64,000 bases of DNA from Macrostomum lignano (taxonomy: Eukaryota), in NCBI GenBank assembly GCA_002269645.1, contig NIVC01001211.1, forward strand, positions 64,393 through 128,392, in the 5' to 3' direction. Position numbers and translations under genes: made by a program. Each line of letters opens with the position of its first letter. Position 1 is the stretch's first letter. Under the pieces are notes generated by a model. The model did not search any database, was not told where the DNA came from, and saw only the letters and a list, made by a program, of their open reading frames with translations. Below, piece by piece: positions 26,201 through 38,072 of this stretch.

Positions 26201-27951
26201 TCAAGCAAAATATTAAAAAATCACTACTTTGATTGATTATCAATCATTTTTGACACATGAGCACTTGTTGCAGACACTCGAAAACTTAGTCAATTTTAGC
26301 GAGACCTTAGTACAACTTGTTGCAGTATCCGCATTTGATCTACCATTCTTTTAAAAATGTAATCACCCATTTTTCTGGCACCCAATCAGCCAAAAATCAT
26401 AAATTATCAATTTCTGATCAATTTTTCAACCCAAAAGCAGCAAAATCAGACGGCGGCAATTTAAACCAATATAGTATAGCAACTATGCTATAGAAATTTG
26501 AAATTGACTTATTTGCACCATGTTCTCAAAATTATAATAAGCAATAATGCGAAAGTCATGTGATTTTTTGAAAAATCAATTCTTGTTGATTTTTTCAACA
26601 CTGCAGAATTGTAGGGAAACAAAACTTTAGATACTTGTAGATTTTTGCATTGTGCATCCAGCACTGCTTTGAAGCCCAAACTTAAAAAGCTTCATAGGAA
26701 AAATTGGTGAAATAATAAAATGAAGGTTTTACCCAAAAAACCGACCAAAATTGCATAAAGATGCCAAAAGAAAATTAAAGTACCATATACCATTTTGTAG
26801 GAAATTTAGTTTGACAACTTTGATCCCCAGATGTCGAAGCCATATCTTGTAAGGTGTGCTAGAATTTTGAGATCTCCCAGAAGCACTTAATACCTTACTC
26901 AACTCAATTGGTACAGTGGTTGCAAAACAAGAGCATTTTTATCAAAAAAATGTGAAATTTCAAAATGCATGGGAGTCTAACTTATTTACTCGTAAATACT
27001 TTCTAGCCCATGTTGGCTTTCGGCCAACAAAAAATAACAAAATGTCTATTTGTCCAGTATTAACCAGATGAATAAGAAAGCATGGTCAGGATCTAGTAAC
27101 CAGACAAATAACCACAATGCTATTCGTCCGGTCACCAAACAAATAAGTTATAACAACTACCTATCTTAATTGCCCTAAAATTCTCATTAGTCTTATTCAT
27201 ATAAGCAATTCTAATAGTACTATATATCCTTATAGCACTAGTTTGTAGGGCCTAAGCATACAACAATGCCTGCCAAACAAAAGATTAGGTCATAAAGTTC
27301 CTGGGTTCTTTTCTTGCCAGAGACAAGGTGCGAAATTGCACCATGGCCATGCCCAATTATAGGGTGCAACTTTAAGTCTTGAAGTGCAAATTGTCTTATT
27401 AAATGATGCTTCAGAAGGAAAAAATAGGTTGTGAGACTGCACCTAAACTGCACCCACTTTTCAATTTCAGGGTGCATGTAATTTCAAAATTTAGGGTGCA
27501 TAATGTATATGCATACTCTAGTACTCTACACCAGGCGCTGCAGAACAGGGGGGCAGGGGGGGAAGCTGCCCCCCGACATTGAGTTGGGGGGACATTGCCC
27601 CCCCCTCAAATACCGTTCAACAGCATAATTTTGCTCAAATTTTTGGTCACTGTCCAAGACAGGGTCTGGGCTTGAGTTTCGGAAACTTGGTCCTGCCCCC
27701 CTTGGCAAAAACTCATTCCACAGCGCCTGCTCTACACACAAAAAATGCAGATCATAATCATATGACATAACCCAAATATTATAATGATGTGAACGTATTC
27801 AATAACTAGTACTCAAGAGGTTCTATTATGCATATAGTATAATATTTAGTACATTTAGATAGGTAATGGAAACACTTAATTGACTTACCTTGTAAGAATC
27901 AAAACCGCGAATCACATTATCTGGCAAATAGTAGTAACAAAAAATACCCAT
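12369..27951 (-). CDS. EPT1: Ethanolamine phosphotransferase 1 (SELENOI/EPT1 orthologue, CDP-alcohol phosphotransferase), 7 coding exons: 27951-27889, 17054-16986, 16120-15928, 15591-15220, 14817-14588, 13577-13392, 12440-12369 (394 aa)
   Basis: CDP-alcohol phosphotransferase motif [26 protein letters not shown], N-terminal [75 protein letters not shown]; all junctions GT/AG and in frame (1185 nt). No C-terminal Sec codon. Confidence 0.92.
12490..13388. repeat. Compound minisatellites (~46-bp and ~32-bp units) in EPT1 intron 6
   Basis: Units ggcagaggcagaggcaaaggaaggcacaagcagagacaaaggcata and gacacaagcagagagataaacaggcacaggca. Confidence 0.88.
13770..14511. repeat. 20-bp minisatellite (caagcatcactctgagtacc) in EPT1 intron 5
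   Basis: Period of 20 read directly. Confidence 0.92.
14915..15188. repeat. 19-bp minisatellite (gcccaccctgactgtgcca) in EPT1 intron 4
   Basis: Direct reading. Confidence 0.92.
16188..16902. repeat. 33-bp minisatellite (cacaggcctgagggtcaccctgcccttggtggt) in EPT1 intron 2
   Basis: Period of 33 (16331 to 16364). Confidence 0.92.
17243..17287. repeat. (TAA)15 microsatellite
   Basis: Direct reading. Confidence 0.9.
18521..20789. mobile_element. Non-autonomous DNA transposon (hAT/P-like, 8-bp TSD), long member of the CATACATGCGCAAC family
   Basis: TIR CATACATGCGCAAC...GTTGCGCATGTATG; TSD TACTAGAT at 18513-18520 and 20790-20797; no transposase ORF. Confidence 0.88.
18717..19290. repeat. 20-21-bp minisatellite (taagtcgcaaaaggattagg) inside the transposon
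   Basis: Direct reading, ~28 units. Confidence 0.92.
21571..21723. mobile_element. Short degenerate MITE of the same CATACATG family
   Basis: Degenerate TIRs (catgcttgggcacaacc / ggttgcacatgtgtg); exact 8-bp TSD TTCAAGTT on both sides. Confidence 0.7.
22199..23178. mobile_element. Non-autonomous TIR element with TA flanks (Tc1/mariner- or animal EnSpm-like), containing a nested MITE
   Basis: Perfect 30-bp TIR CACTCAGCAACATTGAAAAGTTTCTACCCT; TA on both sides. Confidence 0.75.
22677..22974. mobile_element. MITE, CATACATG family (298 bp), carries 28S-like segment
   Basis: TIR catacatgtg...cacatgtatg; exact TSD AGCCCCAC. Confidence 0.85.
24313..24591. mobile_element. MITE, CATACATG family (279 bp), opposite orientation to 22677-22974
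   Basis: TIR catacatgtgcaac...gtgcatgtatg; TSD AATATAGA/AATAAAGA (1 mismatch); aligns as reverse complement to 22677-22974. Confidence 0.82.
27532..27729. mobile_element. hAT-like MITE (198 bp)
   Basis: TIR CAGGCGCTG...CAGCGCCTG; exact 8-bp TSD CTCTACAC. Confidence 0.82.
27889..27951 (-). CDS. EPT1: EPT1 first coding exon (MGIFCYYYLPDNVIRGFDSYK), 10.8 kb upstream of exon 2
   Basis: ATG at 27951, 21 codons, donor AAG|GTAAGT; the ...GFDxYK ending matches the family N-terminus and joins in phase to YSSQDTSP. Confidence 0.85.
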
Positions 27952-28296
27952 TTTTAGTTTTTAATGCTTTTTATTTTGATGCGGTGGGAGTCGTTTATTC
28001 AGGTAAAAAATACGATATCGCTCTGATTATTATTAAATCGGAGATACACTACTGTCCTGAGAAATCAAAGAATGCAGAATGCAGAAAGCCATTACACAGT
28101 CTAAGAACAGAATTTTAGAGTTCATATAAAAAAGGAAAATTCTATTTGCCGCTACCTTTCCGCTTTATCTAACAAGAAGCAATTTTTACATTAAAATTCT
28201 AAAAACCTCATTTTAAAAATTTTAAGAGGTTGCTAAAGTAGAAAAAGTTTTGTTTAAAATTTTCAACCTAATTGTGCTAACTCTGATAAATAATCG

Positions 28297-29923
28297 CACC
28301 CGAGTGGCATCGATCTTATCGGGAGTAGATGTACCATTTTTTACCGATGTTATCGGGTTGAAAACATGGCGGGAATGTCGGCAACATGTCATCATCCCGA
28401 TATAATCGGGGCATAATGCTTTTAAATTGAGCATGTTTTGCGTTTATTTGAATTTCACGTTGCTAAATGTATAGAACTGGCCTAGCGTATTCATTTGCAT
28501 AAAATATATATTATGCTTGTGCTTCATGTGTTTGAAACTTTACTCGAGGTCAAGGCTCCCCTCAGTGTGGAGAGTTTTTGTATACAGGCTACAGGTTTTT
28601 ATAACTATGACAAATATTAATTAATGCTTTTACTTGGGTGCTTTTACAAATTCATCACCATTTACTCTAACCAATAAAATATTAATATTATTAATGTTAC
28701 CTAAGAGTGACAAACTGCAAAACTTCTTCAAGTTAGGCCTACCTAAAAATTGTTTGAAACCTTTAGACCAAAATAGGAAGAATTGATTTTAATTTATTGT
28801 CTATATATTTGATTATTTCTGCAAAATTCTTAAATTCTTAAATTCTTCTAGACCTTATAGAAGACTTCTTTCCTTAATTTATATTAGGAAAACTTTTGAA
28901 ATATTAATATGGTCATGGATTAACTTAACTATAGCTAAAAACTTTGAAAAGGAAGACAGAATAGGAGTCTAGACTATAGTCCTAGAAGGGGACAGATAGG
29001 GTATATCTATATTATATTGTCCTTTTATTGTCTATACTACCAATATATTCCTTATCCTTATGCTAGGCTCCTACTCTCTATATCCCTATATCCTCCTTGC
29101 CTTCCTTGCCTTCCTACTAGCCCCCTAACCTCTCCTAACCTCCTAAGGATTCCCATATCCTTATTGCTCTCCTACTAGGCTTTTATCCTCTATACCTTCT
29201 ATATATTTTTCCTTACCCTATTGCTAGGTTCTAATCCACCAAACACTATGCCCTCATTATCCTCTATATCCTCCTTTCCCATCTACTGGGTCTTACCTTC
29301 TATAATATATATCCTCTTGACCTCTTATCCTCTTGCTGGCTCCTATCCTCCATATCCTCAATATCCTTCTCTTTTTACTAGGCTCCTACCCTCTATAGTC
29401 TATACCCTCCTTACCCTCCTTCCCCACCTGCTGGCTCCTACCTTCCATATCTTCTTATTCTCTTGCTAGGCTCCTACCCTCCATGCCTTCCATACCCTCT
29501 ATGTCTCCTCCTAGGCTCCTTTCCTCTATGCCTTCCATGTCCTCCATGTCTCTACTCTCCTAGGCTCCTACCCTCCATGTCCTTCTTACCCTCCATACCC
29601 TCCATGCCCTCCATACCCTCCATGCCTCATAGGTTCTTACCCTCCATGCCCTCCATACCCTCTATGCCTCCTAGGCTCCTACCCTCCATGCCCTCTATAC
29701 CCTCCATGCCTCCTAGTCTCCTACCATCCATGCCCTCCATACCCTCCATGCCCTCTATACCCTCCATACCCTCCTTGTCCTCCTACCCTCTATACCCTCT
29801 TATCCTCCTGCTAGGCTCTTACCCTCCATGCCCTCCATACCCTCATCCTCCTGCTAGGCTCTTACCCTCCATGCCCTCCATACCCTCCATGCCTCCTCCT
29901 AGGCTCCTACCCTCCATGCCGTT
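28297..29923 (+). repeat. Left terminal inverted repeat (continues as diverging CT-rich minisatellite to ~30460)
   Basis: Position x maps to 71371-x at all spots checked; identical ORF translations on opposite strands; first indel noticed at ~29923. Confidence 0.9.
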
Positions 29924-30503
29924 CTTACCCTCCATACCCTCCATGCCTCCTAGGTTCTTACCCTCCATGCCCTCTATACCCTCCATGCCCTCCATACCCT
30001 CCATGCCCTTCTTACCCTCCATACCCTCTTACCCCCTCCTAGGCTCCTACCCTCCATGCCCTCCATACCCTCCATGCCTCCTCCTTGGCTCCTACCCTCC
30101 ATACCCTCCATGCCTCCTCCTAGGCTCCTACCCTCCATGCCCTCCATACCCTCCATACCCTCTTACCACCCTGCTAGACTCCTACCCTCCATGCCCTCCA
30201 TACCCTCCATGCCTCCTCTTAGGCTCCTACCCTCCATGCCCTCAATACCCTCCATACCCTCCTTGCCTCCTCCTAGAGTCCTAGGCTCCTACCCTCCATG
30301 CCCTCCATACCCTCCTTTCCCTCCTTGCCCTCCTTGCCCTCCTACCCTCCTTGCCCTCCTTACTCTCCTGCTAGCCTCCTACCCTCTATGCCTCTATCCT
30401 CCTTGCACCTGCCTTTCCCCCTACCCTCCATACCCCCCTCCATCTCCCCCGGCCCCAACCCCATATCCTTCATAGCCTCCTTGCCGCAGCTCTTTTATCT
30501 TAC

Positions 30504-33500
30504 ATGCTTCTATCCTATTTGTTCCTGGGTCGTCCGAGCAAGCGACTTAAAGTGTGCATTAATGGGCGCACTGTATATCTGCAGAGCATCAGAAAGCAAT
30601 CTATAATTAGCGCCCTACCTCTTGCGCAGTCGCAACTCTCTGTTCCTAATGCTACACGTGATGGTCCTTCCAGTCAGTCTGAATTTAGTCAGGATCCGAC
30701 TTCTGAAATCCGTGAAGACTGCGACTGGGAGGCTCTGAATCCGAATTCAGAGCCAGACGTATTGGCGGCATTTATGCACTTCTTTAAGGATGGACGTGGA
30801 CGGTGTGCTGAATGTTCGCAGGATGCCAACGTATACTGCCCACAGTGTGCGGATTATTTCTGCTCTGTTTGTGTTGACACTCGTCATCTTGGCCTTGTGC
30901 ACACCATTCTTAAAGTAAGCCTTAATTTATGTTAAACGCTCTGACCACTTATAGGAACGAGGGATGCAGAATGCGGAAAAATATACTTCTTATTTAGTGG
31001 CACATATCAGTTTTATCGTCAAGCTAATTACAATTCATCTACGGGCTATGCATAAAAGTAAGCAGGGTCTTATCCTTTAATGTCTATTTAAGGATGGAAC
31101 TCCTCTAAATCAAGCTGTGACCCTAGCGTGCGGCTGCTCCGATGAAGCGGTGTTTGGAGACGTTCAGATTGTCGACGCCTATGGAGGTGAGATTGTAAAA
31201 TCTATTTATACTTTTGTTATTACATTTTTGTTAGACCGAGCTCAAATCAATGAACCAGTCACCTCTTAATTAATACAATTTAGGGTACCATACAGCCTGC
31301 TTGAAGTCTTGCACACTGCAGCACTATCGATCATTCCTTGTCAGCCGTGGTTTCTTTCCTGCTGCACCTACTAGTGCTACATTCATATCTTGTGAACTGC
31401 TACTTAACTTGGATTCTATTATGATAAATGGGATCACATCTTTGGACAAAGCTTGTGCGACTATACAAAATCGCCGATTAGCTTTTGGGCAGCATCCGCA
31501 GGTATGCTTGTGCAGTACTTATTGGTAATTGAAAGTAGTGAGTTTTATTTATGTTCTCTGCAGTATAATCCGTTATTGTATATACTTAAGGTGTTAGGTT
31601 CCCATTATTTGAGATATCATCAGCGTCAATCCGAATTTTTCAGCGAGATCTCTATTACGATTTGAAACGCTATAACACTATTGGCTACTTTCGACAGTTC
31701 ATGTCGTCCATTGTAAAGTTTCCAACAAGCTGCGCAATGTGTACGACGGGCGATTTGGTGAGAGCTTATTCAGATTTTGCAATGTGTGCTATGCTACTTA
31801 ACTATTTTTAGTATCCTTGAGGTTAATTTTTAATATTTCAACTATCTCAAACTATGTGCATAATTGTTTTTCCTTTTCAGGGCCCAATCCTGCACGGAGA
31901 TGCCCTGATGGGCTGGAAACATCGAGCCTCAGTTGCACCTGGCTTGGCCTCTGTGCCTATTGGTGATCTTCCTTTTCCGTTTGCGCATGTCGATGTCGCA
32001 TCTGAAAATATTGCGCCTGCGAGCGGTGCGTGTCCAAACTGGACAGCAGGCGAAACGTCTCGCATTACTACGAGTTCTAGGAAGCTGGACGTAACAGGCT
32101 TTTTCATCGTAGCCTGTCGCCACGGTTTCATTTGGGCCTGCTCTGATGTGCGCACTCCCGGAGAGCAGTAAGACTTTTTATTCGACTCATGCATTTATTT
32201 TTCATTTTTGCTCCGTTGTCCTTATTTAAAAATGAAACTTGGCAACACATCTTTAGGCTTGTCTACCCTGTCAAGCTCCTTAAAGCCGCTGTGCAGCGCA
32301 TCGGTGTACCAGAAGAAGCTGTGACATTTGTCTATGATGTCGCATGCAAACTCGGCAACAAAGTCACTTCGAAGTTGGCCGTACCAGTTTTTCATGCATA
32401 CGGTCACGAGTCTAAGTGTCGCGTGAGTCTTTACCATTTTACTCATAGCATTTTGTGGGCATTATTTTGTGTTCATAGCTTTAATCAGCCCCAAATAATT
32501 TAAAAGAGCTTTTCATGTTAGTCGGTGTTGTCATTTTGCGGGCTTCTCAGTTTAGTTCTGAATAAATTTTTAATAAATTTTTTCCTCTCAGCTCAACAAC
32601 TCCATCCGCGTCGTGTCTGGCACTGGTATCACAGACGGAGAAATCTGCGAGCGCATATTCTCCTTTCTGCGTCCTTTCGGGCGAATCTTGAAAGAAATGC
32701 GCATTGACCGTCGTACACGGCTTGTCTCACACATTATTAACATGTATCATCTGCGTCTTAACCCGGGTGCGCATCAAGCTTTCAGTCAAAATAAGAATAG
32801 CTGATTTTTCATAAGGTTTTAAGTTTCTAGCTAACATTCACATTTTATTACTGTAGATGCATGGATAAAGTCACGACAGAAGCTTCTGGAGAAGAAGGAT
32901 CAGCTCGTCATTCAACATGTTAATGAAATAAATCGACTTCAGCCCCGGCACGGTAAGTGATTTTTCTTTCAATATCCTCCCATCAGCATACTCGAAAATT
33001 CAGTTTTTTCTACCTACGTTTTTTGCATTACAGAGCTTAGTCTTCAACAATTAATTTCACTGGGAGAAAAATGGCTTTGCGAAGATGCAATCGCTTCCGC
33101 TCTGCGGTCAGGAGATTGGCTCCAAAGCATGCGTCGAATGGTGGTCGAAGAACGGAAAGTTCTCAAAGAGCTTCATCGAACAATTGGTGTGTAAGCTCCT
33201 ATTGGAACATAAACATCTTCCTTTGAAAGGAAAGAAATTAAATTTGAATACAAAGAGATAGTATAATAGTCCTTTATTGAAGATAAAGGATAGTATTCTT
33301 GCTATCCTATTTGAAATCCCCTCAATGACCCACATGACCCCCCTCCCAGCTGGCGTGACCCTCCAGACCAAAATCTTGCTACGCCACTGACAGGTATGAG
33401 ATATGAAGTAGCAAAGTAAGAAAACAGTTAATAAAATCACTTGCTCGATTGCCCGATAACGTATCAGCTATCTTCACAAGTAGGCCACATTATTTCCATT

Positions 33501-33861
33501 GCATTTACCAGGCATCCATCAGTATCGACTGCTGTTGCGCAAGGCCAAGAAGCTGGCACTGGAGATGAATCAACTTCGGTCTCTCAACGGAAACCAGTAT
33601 TCAATAGCAACGCTTCGAGACACGACTTCGGAAGCATACTCACGATTGGACCGCCACGTCAGCCGCCGGTTTCCAATTCCTGTCCAGCTTTTGGTCATTG
33701 AGGTTTACATCCTTTCCATTCGTTCTACCGAGGAGCGCCGTCGAGTCAATGCTGAGCAGAGCAGCCTGATGACCAAAACCGAAAGCGTTTGTGACTTCCC
33801 AGAATACTTCAGTGAAAGCTCCTCTAGCTTCTCTGGTGTATCCGATTCCGAAGACGAGTAG
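30504..33861 (+). CDS. KDZ transposase, ~726 aa, 11 predicted exons: 30504-30914, 31093-31186, 31284-31524, 31598-31757, 31881-32167, 32257-32422, 32592-32766, 32857-32952, 33034-33190, 33350-33393, 33512-33861
   Basis: N-terminal Cys/His cluster CAECxxxAxVYCPQCxxxFCSVCxxxxH, LVSRGFFPAAPTS, then KDZ core HGDA, FFIVACRHG, GEQLVYP, VYDVACKL, AVPVFHAYGHESKC, GTGITDGEICERIFSFL; acidic tail. Start codon and the exon 3/4 junction are uncertain. Confidence 0.82.
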
Positions 33862-36800
33862 GATTTTTCCGATTGTAGCCATGAACTGTGGCAAATGAGA
33901 AACTCAATGCAATGACTTTATGAAGTCTAAATTGTTCTAAATTATTTGTATGCTCTTGAAGTAAAGTACATGTAATACTAGCGTATGCTTTGTTGTAAAT
34001 GCAAAGCAAATGCCGTTTTCTGTACCTTAATGCGTGTGTGATTGTACTGCCACTCATGCATATTTAGTTAAAGTTAGCCTTAGTCCTAGTACTTGTATTT
34101 CCTGTAACTTCTGTATTTGAAGTTACATTACTTATATTAGCTTCTGCTTCGCAAGCAAGTCATACAAATGTATACAAATTTGCGAGTGTGTATAATGTAT
34201 TTGCTTAAAATTTGATATAGAAGTGTGTTTTGTCAAATACAAATTGTACATGTGCGTCACTCTAAATTGATTGGTTTAAGGTTGTACATTAAGCGAGAAA
34301 GTTAAATCCTGCTTATTTTTTGCTTGCTTCTTTACTTCGCAATGCTGTTTCAGGTGAGTAGCTAAATTTTGGGGCTTGAATCGAAACAATCACTCACAGA
34401 ATTATGGAATCAATCCTGGAATCGATGGAATGTACACCAGCTGCCAGAGACAGCAAGAAGCGATGCAAGAGATAAGAGTTGAGCCGATTCAATTGCCTGG
34501 GTGGCTCGTCCCGTAACTACGAATGAGTTAAGTTGCCTGCAGTCCGGTGCAAGGAAAGTGGAAAGAATTGAAGAAATGATTGGCGGAGAGGTGGCTGGGG
34601 TTGTGCAGATTGGGCCGGGTCTTTTGGAGGATTAGTGTGGATTTCCGTGAGGGGTATAAGGGCAAGTTTGCAAAGCTGCCGCTTCGGCGCTATGCGCGCC
34701 ATTCTGCCGCCGCTTGCGTCGGCTGATAGGGCAATAGTTGAAGTGTCATTTGGCGCTTGCGGCGCGCTGATAGCTGCATCCGTTATGTTGGACCAGCATG
34801 CCAAGTCAAACGTAATAATCGCCTCACTCCATTCAAAGCGATCTATTTTGTGTTTCAGACTCGGACTTTAATGGACATGGCTTCCACATTATCCCAGAGT
34901 GCGGGACGTCAAATCCCGCCAAGATCTGTCCGGATTAAGGGGCATTCAGAAATCACTTTTGCACCTGGTGGTGCTCCAAATATGCAAGTCTATATAGACA
35001 GGCTTAGTTTAGTCCAACTTTGTCAGGCTGCCATTGAAGAACCGCTTGGCCTAGACAGGTGCGACTTGCGCACTCACTGGTGCACTATATAGTCCAGATT
35101 GTCCCGGTTTTAATCTTCAGGTACAGCTTAGTCTTGCATCCTGTAATTTCCAGCTGTCAATCTACATGTATATGTACATCTACACCTCTTACCCGCCGAA
35201 GACGCGTCCACGAAGTCTACCCACAGGGGGTCCCGTGCACACCGGCAACCAGCCCACCCTACACCCCCCCGATCGGTCTTGCGAAATGAGTGGTACCGTT
35301 GTGGACGTCAGTGCCTTCGCTAAGGTAACTGAGCGCGGTCTGCATGGCTAGCAATAGCAGTGGTACATCCTGGCCAAGGACTTCATCACCGACTCCTCTG
35401 GTCGTGCAAGCAATAGGCTCCGGTTGAGCCTTGTCTGCCTTCGACTGCAACGACTCCGACTGCGACTCACCTCCGGTCTCGCGCCCGCAACCGGCGCTTC
35501 CGGCCTCGCCCGCCAGTTTTCTGCGCACTTGGCATCGCCCTCCAAACGGCCTCTTGCGCTAGCCTGCAACCTCGCGCACCATGTATTTCTGACTGTGCTG
35601 TCGCACCCGCCAATGCCTGGCCAATCTACACACCTGCCAGTGATACCCCGGGCATCGAGGCTGCGGTTGGCCAACGCGCTTTAAAATCTAGATTTAAGAT
35701 TGAGGTTTGCAGATGAGGTTTGATTTCTAGATCTAGAAATCCTAATTTACTGTATCCACATTCTTCCTACTGGGGATCACAAAATCGTAGAGAGATGGGA
35801 TTTTTGATGACTCTACACTCGTTGCCCGTGAAGTGACTGAAAATGACAATGATTTTCTATCAATGCGATATCCAACAATGCGTCCCGTATTATGCATCTC
35901 AAGCAACATTTTATCCTCTGGCATTATTGGAAGGTTGACTGGAATGCATGATTTAACTTTTCAATAGGATAGGCTTGCATTATTCGTTGGGACGCTGGGT
36001 CTAATGGGATGCGTTCTTTATGTTTTAAAAGGAGTTTTCGGACTGGAAGTGACCTGCCCCCTCCTTTTCCTTCGCTTTTGCCCTCTTGTACCACTTTTGC
36101 CTTCTGCCTATTACACTTAGGAAAGTTTTAATTACCCTTTGAACATTCTTTCCCTGAGATCAAGGACAACCCAAGTCTGAGACATCTACCCAGTCTACCG
36201 TGAGTATCTAAGTCCATCGTAACTGTTTGTCAGTTACTCCTTAGCACTACAAGGTTCACATACCAGTCCTAAAATATCTTGGGACTACAAGGGTTTTAGT
36301 TAACATCTTACACCGCATTATCTTACACCGCTTGTTAGACCATCACGTGTTTGCATTATTAAATAAATTGTAAGCTTGACACCATCAAGAGATTGACACC
36401 ATCAGGAACGAAGGTCGTACCCTTTTCTAGATTCATTTGTGCCCATAGGATTAGGGGCACTGGTCAATAGGTGCCCAGTCGAGATACGGCACAGACCATA
36501 AAATGTATATTTCAGTGATTTCACCCGTCCAAATCACGCTTAAGCTCACATCCTTCACATTCTTACTCTTACAACCCGGTTGGTGAACTGGATGACTGGA
36601 GTCTCTTTGTGACGGAGCAATATCCGCAGAATTGAACTCCTTACAATAATAGAATCATTATAAAAAGCCAACCCCACCCATCAATAGCAACTTCATGCCC
36701 TGTAACAATAACTTTGCATTTCAACAAAATTATGTTACGTGTATTATAGCAACTTCTGAGGAAATATCGTTTGATCAAGCCTTATATCGAACTACTCGTA

Positions 36801-38072
36801 CTTTAAATTTTCAAATAGAGCTGCACCGGTTAATTTTTCAGAATCTTTTTCAACGGCATAATTAATTTTCTTGCAGCTCAAATTAAATACATTTATCAGG
36901 GGCACAAATTGACCGGAAATTTACATGATTTTACTTTGCACTTTGCCTGTCCCTAGCCCGATGCGCAATTGTGAGTTAAATCAGGCTCAATATCATTCTT
37001 GCTGAAACATCAACAGACAGGCTCACAGTATTGGACCGAACTGAAAAAGCACTATCCGGCCTTTTTCGCCGTACAAACAAGAATTTTTATGCTCTAAAGT
37101 ACGAGTAGATTACTATTACCAGTCCCATCGGGCAAATGACACGCGCAGTTCCTTCAGTGCCCAACTGTGAGGACAGGCGCGAACTCGGCTCTTCGTTGAC
37201 TGACTGCAGGCGGCGCGGCCTTCACCCGTGACCATGCAGGTCTCAAGGCATGCCCCGAGATGCTGCACCAAGGACCTTGACAACTTGCTTTTCTATTCTG
37301 TTAAGACTGCAGTTCATTTGGAGAAGTGGACACTTAACACCCAGTGCATCTGTGCACACGTGGACATGCAGACTATGCATGTTTGATATGGTATGGTACA
37401 TGTATAGCTCAACAAACGTTGATTTTTAACTTGTCTTATAAAGTGTCTTCTAAAAGAGAATTTAACCTCTTTTTCGTTTCTCCCAATTTTTTTATTTCCA
37501 TATACGAATATCCAAGCTGCCGGATCGAGTGAAAAGAAGTGGAAAACAAAAATATCTGAAATAAAGTGAACACATTCTCAAAAGATGGAACAACCGGCCA
37601 TAAGGAGTAAAATTGCATATCTTGACCTAGAAATGAACTAACAGATTTTATTTAATAACAATTTGGTGCAGGAAATTGGGGCGCAAGTATAAAGTGCAAC
37701 ACGCACTATAACTACATGCGTCTTGAAAAAATAGCTGCCAAAATGATTGCAAAATTCCAGGCACAAAAATAACTGCAGGGATAATTTGCTGTCTTTTGCT
37801 GTTTTGCACAAGCGTCTTCAAAATCGACAATCTGAAATTAACAACTGACAACCAACGTTCTATCGGGTGTGGGGTGTCCAAGAAGGGCCACACTTTGTGC
37901 GCAAACTCTGGTCTTAAAAATGATTACTTTCTGCAATTTTTTCAGAATTCATTAAACTGTCTTCTCCAATACGGGATAACATTTGAAACCTGCTCAATGT
38001 GATGTTCCGATCCTGACACCTGGCTTTTAAGATTTATTTAACTGGAACTAAATAAATCAAACAAAATAAGCA

